From NCBI GenBank assembly GCA_052168235.1, contig JBQLZK010000001.1, positions 256,001 through 320,000 of the forward strand: a stretch of 64,000 nucleotides of DNA, given 5' to 3'. Within the stretch, counting starts at the first letter, position 1; the number at the start of each line of letters is the position of its first letter. The notes beneath the pieces are model-generated. The model worked only from the letters and a program-made list of their open reading frames with translations, was not told where the DNA came from and made no database searches. Below, one piece after another: positions 20,178 through 31,000 of this stretch. This DNA is from Thainema sp. (GTDB taxonomy: Bacteria > Cyanobacteriota > Cyanobacteriia > Phormidesmidales > Phormidesmidaceae). Made by a program: the position numbers and the translations under genes.

Positions 20178-20858
20178 ATGAGTCAGGTAGACCTCGACTA
20201 TATTGCCACCCAACTGGAAAGCGACCAGTCCCGCGATCGCATGATTGCGCTGGCCCAACTGCGCGATGTACCTGCGGTTGATGCCGTACCGCTGATCAAA
20301 AAAGTGTTGGAAGATGACAACTTGCAAATTCGCTCAATGGCGGTATTTGCGCTGGGTATCAAGCAGACAGATGACTGCTATCCCATTCTGATTAGGCTGC
20401 TGGAGAACGACCCCGACTACGGCATTCGGGCCGATGCGGCGGGCGCGTTAGGTTACTTAGAAGATCCACGGGCGCTGGAGCCACTGATGCGAGCCTTTTA
20501 CGAAGACACCGACTGGTTGGTGCGATTCAGTGCTGCTGTGTCGCTGGGTAATCTAAAAGACCAGCGGGCGCGGGATGCCCTGGTGCAGGCGTTGGATAGT
20601 AAAGAAGTGGTGCTGCAACAAGCTGCGATCGCAGCTTTGGGTGAAATCAAAGATGTGACCGCCGTTGATGAAGTGCTGCGCTTTGCTCAGTCCGATGACT
20701 GGCTGGTGCGGCAGCGGTTAGCGGAAGCACTGGGACATTTACCGACTAAAAAGAGCCGTTCGGCGCTCAAGTTCCTCTCAAAAGATGCTCATCCCCAGGT
20801 AGCAGAAGCCGCTCGCATTTCTATTGAACGTCTAGATGCATTAACAATTGACGAATAG
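20178..20858 (+). CDS. nblB: HEAT-repeat phycobilisome degradation protein
   Basis: PBS-lyase HEAT repeats; DPDYGIRADAAGALGYLED and FYEDTDWLVRFSAA. Confidence 0.85.
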   Translation: MSQVDLDYIATQLESDQSRDRMIALAQLRDVPAVDAVPLIKKVLEDDNLQIRSMAVFALGIKQTDDCYPILIRLLENDPDYGIRADAAGALGYLEDPRALEPLMRAFYEDTDWLVRFSAAVSLGNLKDQRARDALVQALDSKEVVLQQAAIAALGEIKDVTAVDEVLRFAQSDDWLVRQRLAEALGHLPTKKSRSALKFLSKDAHPQVAEAARISIERLDALTIDE

Positions 20859-20887
20859 AAGTTACATTTTGGTACCTTAAGCCAAAC

Positions 20888-20926
20888 AAGAGAGGGAGCC
20901 ACCGCAATGCGGTGGCTCCCTCTCTT
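20888..20926 (+). terminator. Rho-independent terminator
   Basis: AAGAGAGGGAGCCACCGCA-A-TGCGGTGGCTCCCTCTCTT hairpin after nblB. Confidence 0.7.
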
Positions 20927-21010
20927 TATAAATTTGGTTGTGCAAGTTAGACGATTGGCCACCAGCGTTTCATCCTGAATAGCGAGGACAGTCTCAGAAA
21001 AGGGAAATAA

Positions 21011-23788
21011 GTGCCTCTTCAAAAGTGCGATCGCGTGATTGACCCTGTTTCCCAAAACGTCCAGCGCCTAAATCAGAAAACTTACCAGCAACTCCGGCTA
21101 GCGCTGAGCCTCAACCTTCGTCGTCAGATTCTGATTGCCGTCTGCGACGACTTCTATCTGCGCGACCATATCGCTCACCAGCTTCAGCAGGATCTAGCCT
21201 CAGCTCATCCCTCCTATCAGCTTTCGGCAGCACCCTCGATTCAGTTCGTCACGCTCAAGCTCAACCTCAAGCATCCCGATCCCTATTTGCAGATTGTGGC
21301 CTGGTTGAAACAGCAGGCCAGCGCAGGCATTCGCTATCCGGCGGGTACGTCAATTCAAGTGCAGATTTTCGGTGTAGAGGGACTCACGCGACAGTCAGCT
21401 CGGGTTCAGCGCGAGTTTCTTAATGCGCTGCGTAGCACTGAGCGGCGGTTGCCCCATTTGGATGTCAATATTCTGCTGTGGTTGCCGCGTCCTTGGGCCT
21501 ATACCGTGCGAGAATCAGCACCGGAATTTTGGCGCTGGCGATCGCGGGTGTTTGAATTCGTCAGCAATCCAACGCCGACTCACGACATTGCCGCTGACGT
21601 TCAGCCGTCATCGCCTCCCACCCATCCACCGTCTGCCAATCGGTTTCCGCCAGCGGCAGGGCCATCCAGTCCAAGTGCGACACCACCGATCCAACCCGCC
21701 GCGCCGCGCATCAGTCCCACTCGTCCGCCTGCGCCCATTCCGCCACCGCCGCGCCCCAGCCAGCCCAGTTCCGAACCACCGAATTACCCAACCTCGAATC
21801 CATCTCCACCGCCTTTTCAGCCACCGTCTCCTCCGCCTGCAACACAACCAACCGATGCTCCACCGGATGATCCGCTACCGGATTTGTGGGCACTGTTGCA
21901 GCAGGATCTCAACCGATTAGAGACTGATCCACCCTCAGATAATCGTCCGTCCGGCTATTTGTTGCAGCCGCAGGATGCTCCCGTTAGTCAGCAGCCACCT
22001 GTCCTGCCGCCACAGCCAACCCCAATCAAACCTACGGTTGAATCAGTTGATGTTGGCGTGCCGACAGATTCGACAAACGCACCTGTAGCTCCCGCAAGAC
22101 GCGAGGTTCAAGACGGTCAGTCTTCTCCCCGTGATATCACAACAGAAGTTGCAACAGAATCTGTAACAGAATCTGTAACAGAAGCAATTTCAACTGAGCA
22201 AGTAGAACCTACAGTTGAGAGTCCGTCTGAAATTTCGCCTGCGTTGCCGAAATTCGATTCGCAGGAAGAAACGACTACTCAGCCCTTAACCGTGTCGCTC
22301 CTGTCGCCTGAGCTGGACGATTCGCTGCCTCACGTTTCAGTCTTACCCGGCGTGATTGGCGATGGTACGGACTTGGCGCTGCCGACGATTACGACGCTCA
22401 ATCCAGCCACGGGCACCAACACTAACTTCTCCTGGCTGAGTGAAACGGAGTCGAGCCAGCCGATTGTACATGTGCTCTCGCAGCAGCATAGTGCTGTCCT
22501 CGCCGCCACGCCATCTACCACAACAGCCGTCGTCGAAGAAGACAGTGATGAAGCCGTGCGGGCAGTACTGCGCTACATCAATGAGCAGCAGCAGCAGCGC
22601 CCGCCCAATCCGGAATTTTTGGCCTATGCCTATCAGGATTTAGGTAATCTGTATCGCGATCGCATTGATGCAGGCGATGCGTCGGTGCAGACATTGACCA
22701 ATGCCATTCAAGCCTATGAGCAGGGTTTGCACTGGGCGGATAAGGCTGTCATTTCAGTGCCGGATGTGCTGAACGACTTGGGTAATCTCTACTGGCTCCA
22801 GTCGCGCTATGCGGTGCAACCAGAGCAGGCAATTTTGAATCTGCAGCAGAGTATTGAGACTTATCAGCGGGCATTGAATCAAGTGTCGCTGCGTCGTCAG
22901 CCGGATGTATATGCGATGGTGCAGCACAATGTGGGCACAGCTTACGGTGACTTAGCCCAGTACAAGAATGCCGTTGAGCATTTGCAGAGCGCGGTGTACT
23001 GCTACGAGCAGGCACTCCAGTATCGTTCTCCCGATACTCATCTGGCGCAGTACGTGGCCACGCAGAACAACTTGGGTACGGCTTACTGGAAGCTGTCGCA
23101 GCATGATCATGCCAATGTCTACTTGCGGCAGGCGGTGGCGGCCTATGAGGAAGCGCTGAAATACTCGTCTCCCGATGAGAATGGCCTACACTACGCCATG
23201 ATTCAAAACAATCTCAGCACGACCTACTGGCAACTGGCGCAGTATGAGAAACCGATTGAATATTTGCAGCAGGCGATCGCAGGTTATGAGCAAGCGTTAC
23301 AGTACCGTACGCTGGAGTATCCGGCTTCCCATGCTTCGACACAGAACAACCGAGGCGCAGCCTATCGGCAACTGGCTCAGTATTTTGTAGACGTTCCAGA
23401 TACTCAGCGGTCTTACTTGGAAAGTGCGATCGCAGCTTATACCCAAGCCTTACAAGCTGTGGAACAGCATCAACAGCAGGCCAGTATGCCGCTCAGTTTT
23501 GACATTGGCAGCACCTATAACGGCCTAGCCTCGGCCCATCATCAACTGGTACAGGCTGCACCGGATTTGAGTTTGCCAGAAAAATCGCGCCATCTGGATC
23601 GGGCGCTGCAATTCTTCCTGCAAGCCTTGTCCTACTGGCAAGATGATGCCGAACTGGGTCAGTCCATTGTGCGATCGCTGATTCAGGTGACGCGCACCTA
23701 TTACAAGGAGTGCGGCATGGATGGGCAAAATGCTGCGTTGGCACAGATTCCGGCTCATTTGTTGCCCCAAATTTTGACCCAGCTGTAG
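21011..23788 (+). CDS. TPR-repeat protein with a proline-rich linker
   Basis: APEFWRWRS motif, long Pro/Ser/Thr region, repeated YAMIQNNLGTAY-type TPRs; exact start uncertain. Confidence 0.85.
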   Translation: MPLQKCDRVIDPVSQNVQRLNQKTYQQLRLALSLNLRRQILIAVCDDFYLRDHIAHQLQQDLASAHPSYQLSAAPSIQFVTLKLNLKHPDPYLQIVAWLKQQASAGIRYPAGTSIQVQIFGVEGLTRQSARVQREFLNALRSTERRLPHLDVNILLWLPRPWAYTVRESAPEFWRWRSRVFEFVSNPTPTHDIAADVQPSSPPTHPPSANRFPPAAGPSSPSATPPIQPAAPRISPTRPPAPIPPPPRPSQPSSEPPNYPTSNPSPPPFQPPSPPPATQPTDAPPDDPLPDLWALLQQDLNRLETDPPSDNRPSGYLLQPQDAPVSQQPPVLPPQPTPIKPTVESVDVGVPTDSTNAPVAPARREVQDGQSSPRDITTEVATESVTESVTEAISTEQVEPTVESPSEISPALPKFDSQEETTTQPLTVSLLSPELDDSLPHVSVLPGVIGDGTDLALPTITTLNPATGTNTNFSWLSETESSQPIVHVLSQQHSAVLAATPSTTTAVVEEDSDEAVRAVLRYINEQQQQRPPNPEFLAYAYQDLGNLYRDRIDAGDASVQTLTNAIQAYEQGLHWADKAVISVPDVLNDLGNLYWLQSRYAVQPEQAILNLQQSIETYQRALNQVSLRRQPDVYAMVQHNVGTAYGDLAQYKNAVEHLQSAVYCYEQALQYRSPDTHLAQYVATQNNLGTAYWKLSQHDHANVYLRQAVAAYEEALKYSSPDENGLHYAMIQNNLSTTYWQLAQYEKPIEYLQQAIAGYEQALQYRTLEYPASHASTQNNRGAAYRQLAQYFVDVPDTQRSYLESAIAAYTQALQAVEQHQQQASMPLSFDIGSTYNGLASAHHQLVQAAPDLSLPEKSRHLDRALQFFLQALSYWQDDAELGQSIVRSLIQVTRTYYKECGMDGQNAALAQIPAHLLPQILTQL

Positions 23789-23804
23789 CGTTTGACGTTA
23801 TTGG

Positions 23805-23904
23805 ATCAAGTCTGGTTAAAAATCATCATTTATTTATTGTGAAACAGTTGCTCCGCAACCGTTTCACAATAAATAAATTGGGTTCTTATACGCAGACTTG
23901 GTAT
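23805..23904. repeat. Palindromic repeat family B copy
   Basis: CAAGTCTG...ATTTATTTATTGTGAAAC-GTTGCTCCGCAAC-GTTTCACAATAAATAAAT-TGGGTTCTTATA..CAGACTTG. Confidence 0.8.
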
Positions 23905-24199
23905 TACAGCAGTTCAACGAATGAGAACAATCGCCACAAGTCTTATAAATCACGACATAGAAATTCAAACTGGCCAATATTTCGCTAAATTTCGAAAAAT
24001 TAGTTTTGTGGACGCTATATAGAGCGTTTGAAACGGCTGAATTTCTTCTACTCACACAATCAGCGCTCAAACAACAACCCCTCCGTGAATCCACGGAGGG
24101 GATATTAAGTGAACCAGCCAAGCAATTGTTTTTTAAATGGCAAACAATCGTCGTCTCGACGGGTTAATCTAGATCTAGCAAGATGATGTTCACGGTTCC

Positions 24200-24240
24200 A
24201 AAAAGCCGCACCTCATTCTACAGAGGATCGGCTTTTTTTT
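24200..24240 (+). terminator. Terminator-like hairpin with T-run just upstream of cbiD
   Basis: AAAAAGCCG..CCTC....GAGG..CGGCTTTTTTTT. Confidence 0.65.
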
Positions 24241-24281
24241 GTTCGCTTTCTACCAATTTTTTTAAGACTTCATCCCGCTCT

Positions 24282-25448
24282 ATGACAGATTTGGATCGTC
24301 AACTCGCTGATCCCACCTCTGATCTCGCACCTCGTTCGGGTTACACGCTGCCTGTTTTTGCCTGTGCATCTGCGATCGCAGCTTTGAAACATCTCCAATC
24401 TCCCACTCAACCGATTACTGCCGTTGCGGTCAATCTGCTGGAACCGCCTCAAACCGTAGAGATTACCGTTGAACAAGTTGCCTTGCTTGCTGAGGGATCG
24501 GCTCTGGCCATCACCCGCAGCGACCCTGGCGATAATCTAGACTTGACTCGCGATACACCCGTTTGGGCCAAGGTCGAATGGGGCGATTCCAGTCAGGCTG
24601 AACCGATTGAACTGATCGGTGGCTTCGGTATTGGCAAGCGGGAAGACAGTGGCCAAGCCGCCATCTACCGCTACGCTACCCAGCTTTTGCAGGCGAATTT
24701 GCAAGCTCTTTTACAGCCCGACGACCGCATCCGCGTCACCTTGATTTTGCCGGACGGACAGGCGCTGGCCGAACGAACATCCAATGCCGCCTTTGGCGTG
24801 GTGGACGGACTTTCGCTGCTGGGCACAACGGGAATTTCGCAACCGCTCAGCGCTCCCGGACAGCTTGAAACCTATCGCCAGCAGCTCCGCCAGGTGGCCA
24901 CACAGGGGCATCATCCCGTTGTCTTTTGCATTGGCGAAAACGGTTTGGATCTGGCTGGCCATCTGGGAATTCCCGCCGCACAGCGAATTAAAACGGCCAA
25001 CTGGCTTGGCCCGCTGCTGGTGGAGGCTTGTCTGCTGGGCATTCCGTCGATTCTGCTGTTTGGCTATCACGGCAAGTTAATTAAACTCGCGGGCGGCATT
25101 TTTCACACCCATCACCATGTAGCCGATGGTCGCCAAGAAATTTTGACCGCTTGTTGCGTGGCTGTGGGGGTTCCAACTGCGATCGCACAACAAATCCTAA
25201 CCAGCCCCACCACCGAAGCGGCGCTCAATACGCTGCGCACACTGGATCAGGAAACCGGATCAACCTGGGTATCCCAGGTTTACGGCGAGGTGGCCCAGCG
25301 GATTGATCTGCGATCGCAGATGTATATCGCCAAACACACAGATCAAGCCCAAGCCCAATCCATCACCATCGGCTCACTGTTATTCGACCGTCAGCGCCAG
25401 GTGATTTGCACAAGTGAACAGGGGGCTGCACTCCTCGCCAAGTTTTAA
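24282..25448 (+). CDS. cbiD: Cobalt-precorrin-5B C1-methyltransferase
   Basis: RSGYTLPVFACA, SDPGDNLDLT, TSNAAFGVVDGLSLLGT, GKLIKLAGGIFHTH; start placed at ATG 24282. Confidence 0.95.
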   Translation: MTDLDRQLADPTSDLAPRSGYTLPVFACASAIAALKHLQSPTQPITAVAVNLLEPPQTVEITVEQVALLAEGSALAITRSDPGDNLDLTRDTPVWAKVEWGDSSQAEPIELIGGFGIGKREDSGQAAIYRYATQLLQANLQALLQPDDRIRVTLILPDGQALAERTSNAAFGVVDGLSLLGTTGISQPLSAPGQLETYRQQLRQVATQGHHPVVFCIGENGLDLAGHLGIPAAQRIKTANWLGPLLVEACLLGIPSILLFGYHGKLIKLAGGIFHTHHHVADGRQEILTACCVAVGVPTAIAQQILTSPTTEAALNTLRTLDQETGSTWVSQVYGEVAQRIDLRSQMYIAKHTDQAQAQSITIGSLLFDRQRQVICTSEQGAALLAKF

Positions 25449-25469
25449 ATTTGTTCTCCAAATTTAGGT

Positions 25470-25569
25470 TACAAAATCCGGCTAAAATCCGACGATTTGT
25501 TTTTATGAAAAGCTGGCTTAGCCGACCTTTCATAAAAAACAAATTGGGTTTTATAAACAGGCTGGATAT
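25470..25569. repeat. Diverged palindromic repeat, family B-like
   Basis: ATTTGTTTTTATGAAA...TTTCATAAAAAACAAATTGGGTTTTATA..CAGGCTGGATA. Confidence 0.55.
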
Positions 25570-25698
25570 GACTGAGAATTTTTTGAAGTCCTGAAATCAC
25601 GACAGCCCGAACTCAGCTCCACCAGGCGATTCTAGCTTGAAAACGATACAATAGAAGGGTGGGTGACGGTCTAAAATCATTCACTCTGGAGGGAATTC

Positions 25699-26097
25699 AT
25701 GTCATCACTGTATACGCCTCACAAGCCCAATTTGTCACTCGAAGATTATCCTCACGCGATCGCAAAACTGCGAGCGGCCATCGCCCGATGTAACCAAAAA
25801 ATTGCTCGTTTAGAAGCCAATATTGATCGCCGAAAGGCCCAGTTTGATCTAGCTGTGGCGGAAGATGCCGATCTGCGCAACGAAACCCAACGCCGAGCAG
25901 CCTGGAAGGAATGCGCTTTTGCAGACGATGAGTATCAAACTTGGCTCAAGCGATTATGGCATCAGCAACAGATTCGCACACAGCACGAAATCAAGCTGGA
26001 ACTGCTGCGCAGCTCATTTTCAGTGGCAAAATTGCAGGTTCGAAAAGCGATCGCAGATGCTTTGGCCGATAGCGAAGGGTTGGCTTTAGTGGCCTAA
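25699..26097 (+). CDS. Conserved cyanobacterial coiled-coil hypothetical protein
   Basis: LEDYPHAIA, LRNETQRRA, LELLRSSFSVAKL; RBS GGAGG upstream. Confidence 0.8.
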   Translation: MSSLYTPHKPNLSLEDYPHAIAKLRAAIARCNQKIARLEANIDRRKAQFDLAVAEDADLRNETQRRAAWKECAFADDEYQTWLKRLWHQQQIRTQHEIKLELLRSSFSVAKLQVRKAIADALADSEGLALVA

Positions 26098-26664
26098 CTC
26101 CATTGGGCCAACCGTTTCCTATCAGGGAAGCCGAAACGCCACGGAATCCCCTAATTTTGGGCCTTTAATTTCAAGCTTTCTTGTCGAGCCGTGTAAGTCA
26201 TAAGAGCTGGTTTAATCTCCAGCTCTACCTAGATTTAGCTGAGATTTTTGGGTTGCACTTCTGCTGTTTTTCTGAGACACTAGGCAAAATTATTTAAAAT
26301 CTGTTCTTTCGGCAACTCTCCTGGCGTGGCTTCTATAATGACTGAATTACTAGATGCCAGCAATGGAGAGAAACTTTAGCAAATGGATTGGGCTTAAACA
26401 AAGCCTCTGTCTCTTATCTCTTCAAATAACTTCAAATAAACTGTTATACACGCTCAAACTAATCAGGGAAACGTCCGTCAAGGGATGCGTACGCGCTAGT
26501 CCACTGACGGAGCCTATTGGCATCGCTAACATGTTTGACCTGTGATTACCGTTGATTCATACAGATGATCTGATGATCTGAACTAGATCCAAGCAGCTCA
26601 ATGGCAAACTGGTTCGCCAGTGCTGTTATATTTTTGTTCTTATAATCCAACCCAGGGTATTGAC

Positions 26665-28290
26665 GTGACTCTTCAAGATGTGGCTCTCCAAGCTGAACAA
26701 CCTATTTCCGATGCTACGGTATCCCAGTCTCTCGATCGCCAAATGATAGTCATCTTAGATTTTGGGTCTCAATACTCAGAGCTAATCGCGCGCCGGATTC
26801 GAGAAACCCAAGTATATTCAGAAGTTTTGTCGTACCGGACGACGGCAGAACAAATTCGCCAGCTCAACCCAGCAGGCATCATTCTGTCGGGCGGCCCAAG
26901 CTCGGTGTATGACAACAATGCACCACTGTCTGATCCAGAAATTTGGGATTTGGGTATTCCGGTTCTGGGCGTTTGCTATGGCATGCAGCTCATGTGTAAA
27001 CAGCTCGGCGGCGTTGTTGAACGGGCGGAGCGGGGCGAATATGGTAAAGCGCTGCTCTACATTGACGATCCAACCGATTTGCTGACCAATGTAGAAAACG
27101 AAACCACCATGTGGATGAGTCACGGTGACTCGGTGGTGGAATTGCCCGCTGGCTTTGAGCTATTGGCGCATACAGACAATACGCCCTGTGCTGCGATCGC
27201 AGATCATGAGCGCAAACTCTACGGCGTGCAGTTCCACCCAGAAGTGGTTCATTCCATTGGCGGCATTGCGTTGATTCGCAATTTTGTCTATCACATCTGC
27301 GACTGCGAACCCACCTGGACAACGGAAGCCTTTGTTGAGCAGGTCATTCGTGAAATTCGGGCCAAAGTAGGCGATAAGCGGGTGCTGTTGGCTCTATCCG
27401 GCGGCGTTGACTCCTCCACGCTGGCCTTTTTGCTCCATAAGGCAATTGGCGATCAGCTCACCTGCATGTTTATCGACCAGGGCTTCATGCGGAAGTACGA
27501 GCCGGAGCGTCTGGTCAAACTCTTCCAGGAGCAGTTTCATATTCCAGTGGAATACGTCAATGCCCGCGAACGCTTTTTGAAGCAGCTGGAAGGCGTTACC
27601 GATCCTGAAGAAAAGCGGAAGCGAATCGGCCACGAATTCATCCAGGTTTTTGAAGAGGAGTCGAAGCGGCTTGGCCCCTTTGACTATTTGGCTCAGGGCA
27701 CGCTGTATCCTGACGTAATCGAATCCGCCGACACTAACGTTGACCCACAAACGGGTGAGCGCGTCGCCGTCAAAATTAAGAGCCATCACAACGTCGGTGG
27801 CTTGCCCAAAGATCTGCGGTTCAAGCTGGTGGAGCCGCTGCGCAAGCTGTTTAAGGACGAAGTTCGCAAAGTAGGCCGCTCCATTGGCCTGCCAGAGGAA
27901 ATTGTCCAGCGTCACCCCTTCCCTGGCCCTGGCTTGGCGATTCGGATCATCGGTGAAATCACGCCGGAACGACTCGATATTTTGCGCGATGCAGACTACA
28001 TTGTGCGCCAAGAAACCAATCGTCATGGCCTCTACCACGATTTCTGGCAAGCCTTTGCAGTGCTGCTGCCGATTCGTAGCGTCGGCGTCATGGGTGATCA
28101 GCGTACCTACGCTTATCCGATTGTGCTGCGGATTGTCACCAGCGAAGACGGCATGACCGCAGACTGGGCACGAGCCGATTATGACTTTTTGGAAATCGTG
28201 TCAAATCGCATTGTGAACGAGGTAGCAGGCGTCAACCGCGTCGTATACGACATCACGTCCAAGCCGCCTGGAACCATCGAGTGGGAATAG
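26665..28290 (+). CDS. guaA: GMP synthase (glutamine-hydrolysing)
   Basis: [46 protein letters not shown] start at 26665. Confidence 0.98.
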   Translation: MTLQDVALQAEQPISDATVSQSLDRQMIVILDFGSQYSELIARRIRETQVYSEVLSYRTTAEQIRQLNPAGIILSGGPSSVYDNNAPLSDPEIWDLGIPVLGVCYGMQLMCKQLGGVVERAERGEYGKALLYIDDPTDLLTNVENETTMWMSHGDSVVELPAGFELLAHTDNTPCAAIADHERKLYGVQFHPEVVHSIGGIALIRNFVYHICDCEPTWTTEAFVEQVIREIRAKVGDKRVLLALSGGVDSSTLAFLLHKAIGDQLTCMFIDQGFMRKYEPERLVKLFQEQFHIPVEYVNARERFLKQLEGVTDPEEKRKRIGHEFIQVFEEESKRLGPFDYLAQGTLYPDVIESADTNVDPQTGERVAVKIKSHHNVGGLPKDLRFKLVEPLRKLFKDEVRKVGRSIGLPEEIVQRHPFPGPGLAIRIIGEITPERLDILRDADYIVRQETNRHGLYHDFWQAFAVLLPIRSVGVMGDQRTYAYPIVLRIVTSEDGMTADWARADYDFLEIVSNRIVNEVAGVNRVVYDITSKPPGTIEWE

Positions 28291-28292
28291 GC

Positions 28293-29372
28293 ATGAAGCG
28301 CCGTCATTTTTTGGCAGCGGCGTTGGCCACTGGGCTAGTGACGCTCCTTCGGGATGCTACGCGCCCAGTGGCGGGCCAAGCTGTGAGTCAATCGGCTGGC
28401 TCGTCTGCGAGTCCGACCATTCTGAAACCACCGCCGCTCCAGCCTGGGGATCAAGTTGGCATCCTCAGTCCCGCTGGGGCTGTTTTTTTACAAAATGAGT
28501 TGGATCTCGTAGTAGATGCGGTACGCGGCTTGGGGCTAGTGCCTATGCTTGCGCCCCATGTGCTGGATCGCTACGGCTATTTGGCCGGAACCGATCGCGA
28601 TCGCGCTAGCGACATGAATCAGTTTTTCGCTGATCCAAACATCAAAGCACTCCTGCCTGTGACTGGCGGTTGGGGCAGCAGTCGCACGCTGCCTTATCTG
28701 GACTATGAGGTAATTCGCCAAAATCCTAAAATCATCGTCGGGTTTAGCGACTTAACGGCGTTGCTGCTGGGTATCCACGCGCAAACGGGCTTAGTCACGT
28801 TTCATGGCCCCAATGGTTTAACGTCTTGGCGGCCTGATCAGACGGCTTCGTTTCGTCAAGTCCTATTTGAAGGGGGGATGACCTCGTTGACCAGTGCGCG
28901 AACACCCGACGATAGCGATCGCTTAATGCAGGTGCAACATCGAATTCAGGTGATTACCCCTGGTCGAGCGCAGGGTCGCCTGATTGGGGGTAATCTATCG
29001 GTTCTATCCGGCATTGTCGGTTCGCCCTATGTGCCTAACTTAGACGGAGCCATTTTGTTTCTAGAAGATGTCGGTGAAGATATCTACCGGATAGACCGGA
29101 TGATTACGCAGCTCAAGCTCGCGGGCGTTTTTGATAACCTAGCTGGCTTCATTTTCGGCCAATGCACCAACTGCGGCCCTGATGCAGACTACGGCTCATT
29201 AACTCTAGAGCAAGTCCTGCGCGATCACCTTCAACCCTTGGGTATTCCTGCTTGGCAGGGTGCGGCTATTGGCCACGTTGAGCCTGTCTTAACGCTACCC
29301 ATTGGCACCCAAGTTGAAATTGATACCAGCAATGGTTCACTGCGTATGCTCGAACCCGCCGTCCAACTTTAA
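28293..29372 (+). CDS. S66 family LD-carboxypeptidase, Tat-exported
   Basis: KRRHFL Tat motif, GFSDLT, HGP, GGNLS, FLEDVGE, IGH. Confidence 0.92.
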   Translation: MKRRHFLAAALATGLVTLLRDATRPVAGQAVSQSAGSSASPTILKPPPLQPGDQVGILSPAGAVFLQNELDLVVDAVRGLGLVPMLAPHVLDRYGYLAGTDRDRASDMNQFFADPNIKALLPVTGGWGSSRTLPYLDYEVIRQNPKIIVGFSDLTALLLGIHAQTGLVTFHGPNGLTSWRPDQTASFRQVLFEGGMTSLTSARTPDDSDRLMQVQHRIQVITPGRAQGRLIGGNLSVLSGIVGSPYVPNLDGAILFLEDVGEDIYRIDRMITQLKLAGVFDNLAGFIFGQCTNCGPDADYGSLTLEQVLRDHLQPLGIPAWQGAAIGHVEPVLTLPIGTQVEIDTSNGSLRMLEPAVQL

Positions 29373-29478
29373 CAAAACGCCCTCGCTCCTCACGCTTTCA
29401 CTCCTCACTTCTTCCAAGCTGCCTGACAATTTGCTTAAAATCGCGTAAACTTTTGTTAATGATAGACGTGATTTTAAT

Positions 29479-29895
29479 ATGGCTAGTAATCTTGGATTTG
29501 GTCAACCCACGACTCCCAAACCGAACAAGACAAAGCGAACAGCCGAGCGCCAAAAAGCGGCCAGTCAGCTTGACAAGATGAGAGCCGATGGTACGCCAGA
29601 ATTTGAAGTTTACGCTCGCATTCAAGGCAAAAAGCAGTGGTATCCCATCGGCGTGGTTGCGGTTCAGCGCTCCAGCCAAATTAGCCGAGCTATCTACGAC
29701 AGCGAAGAGCAACTGATGCAGGGTGCGGTGCGTCTCTATCCGGTGCTGCGTAAATACCAGGGACAACTTGACTATGGCTATCGGCTGAAAGAGTTTAAGG
29801 ATGAACCAATTGAACTAGCTGAGCCGCCTCAATCAGTTGCAGGTGGTGTACAAAATGCGCTTGGCAAACTGACGTCGATGTTTAAGCGCGGCTAA
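29479..29895 (+). CDS. HHL1-like conserved protein
   Basis: PEFEVYAR..WYPIG..GAVRLYP..YGYRLKEF; family label from memory. Confidence 0.75.
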   Translation: MASNLGFGQPTTPKPNKTKRTAERQKAASQLDKMRADGTPEFEVYARIQGKKQWYPIGVVAVQRSSQISRAIYDSEEQLMQGAVRLYPVLRKYQGQLDYGYRLKEFKDEPIELAEPPQSVAGGVQNALGKLTSMFKRG

Positions 29896-29929
29896 GCGCG
29901 ATCGCATTAAATTTTAATCGAAAGATGAA

Positions 29930-29992
29930 AAAACCGGATTTCTGCATCGCCGTTCAGTTGAACTGAATGATTGATGCTAGAAATCCGGTTTT
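29930..29992. repeat. Long hairpin (AAACCGGATTTCT-type inverted repeat)
   Basis: AAAACCGGATTTCT...AGAAATCCGGTTTT. Confidence 0.65.
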
Positions 29993-29995
29993 ACA

Positions 29996-30033
29996 TAACA
30001 AGAAGGAAGTGCGATCGCACTTCCTTCTTGTTA
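29996..30033. terminator. 38-bp perfect palindrome centred on HIP1, between convergent genes
   Basis: TAACAAGAAGGAAGT-GCGATCGC-ACTTCCTTCTTGTTA. Confidence 0.75.
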
Positions 30034-30062
30034 CTTATAGCTAACTACAAGTCATTAACCGT

Positions 30063-30326
30063 TTAAGCGGAAACGCTGGGATAAACGCTGATCTTCTTGC
30101 GGTCTTTGCCCTTGCGCTCAAAAGTGACCACGCCATCAACTAGAGCAAACAGCGTGTCATCGCTACCGCGACCCACATTTACGCCAGGGTGGAACTTAGT
30201 GCCACGCTGACGAATGAGAATATTACCAGCCAAGACGTTCTCGCCACCATAGCGCTTTACACCGAGTCGCTTAGAATTTGAGTCGCGACCGTTACGTGTA
30301 CTACCTGTACCCTTCTTATGAGCCAT
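30063..30326 (-). CDS. rpmA: 50S ribosomal protein L27
   Basis: [16 protein letters not shown]. Confidence 0.99.
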   Translation of the reverse strand: MAHKKGTGSTRNGRDSNSKRLGVKRYGGENVLAGNILIRQRGTKFHPGVNVGRGSDDTLFALVDGVVTFERKGKDRKKISVYPSVSA

Positions 30327-30381
30327 GCTGTTCTCCTACAATTCCTAAACTTGAAGACCTTGAAAGCTAGAAGCTACGTGT

Positions 30382-30789
30382 CTATTCTTCCGAATCGTCT
30401 GCTTTAGATGAAGCCTTCGCTTCGGTTTGCTTGGGGCTGCTCTTCTCAGAGGTTGAGCCAGCCAATGCAGAACCGTTGAGGCTAACCGAATCGATCATAA
30501 TCCGCGTTAGTTCCTGACGATGACCGCGCTTTTTGCGGGTCTTCTTCTTGGGCTGCATTTTATAGACAATAATTTTGCGGCCACGCAGATGCTGCATCAC
30601 GGTTGCTTCAACAGTTGCGCCCTTGACGTAGGGTTGTCCAACCGTAGCTTCTCCATCATTTTCAACGAACAGCACCTTGTCTAAGGTGAGCGTCTCATCT
30701 TCATCTAAAGCAAGTCGATTGATGTCGTAGAACCGACCCGGCTCAACTCGCAACTGGGTTCCACTTGCTTCAATAATCGCGTATGTCAT
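30382..30789 (-). CDS. rplU: 50S ribosomal protein L21
   Basis: [16 protein letters not shown]. Confidence 0.98.
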   Translation of the reverse strand: MTYAIIEASGTQLRVEPGRFYDINRLALDEDETLTLDKVLFVENDGEATVGQPYVKGATVEATVMQHLRGRKIIVYKMQPKKKTRKKRGHRQELTRIMIDSVSLNGSALAGSTSEKSSPKQTEAKASSKADDSEE

Positions 30790-30806
30790 GATCTATTACT
30801 CTTACC

Positions 30807-30905
30807 TTTTCGCCGTACAGGTCGCTCCCAGCAGTGAAAGCTGCGTGGGGAAAGCCGTTTAGCCATTTATGAGATCGAGAGAAGAGGCTCTAACCTGATC
30901 CGAGC
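30807..30905 (-). promoter_or_regulatory. Putative structured rplU leader
   Basis: Minus strand GCTCGGATCAGGT...ACCTGTACGGCGAAA pairing, directly upstream of rplU. Confidence 0.45.
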
Positions 30906-31000
30906 AAAATAAACAGCCAGTTAATAATGATGACTAACAATGTGCTGTATTGTCAACTGCAATTTTTAGCTAATTTAATTTTAGAGGCCAGCTGGATAAT

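Noticed and set aside
24130..24245. c-di-GMP, cobalamin or glutamine riboswitch upstream of cbiD
   Set aside because: GGCAAAC is present, but I could not find the remaining conserved cores of these families
26354..26545. 63-aa ORF upstream of guaA
   Set aside because: No recognisable motif or RBS; probably part of the leader or promoter region
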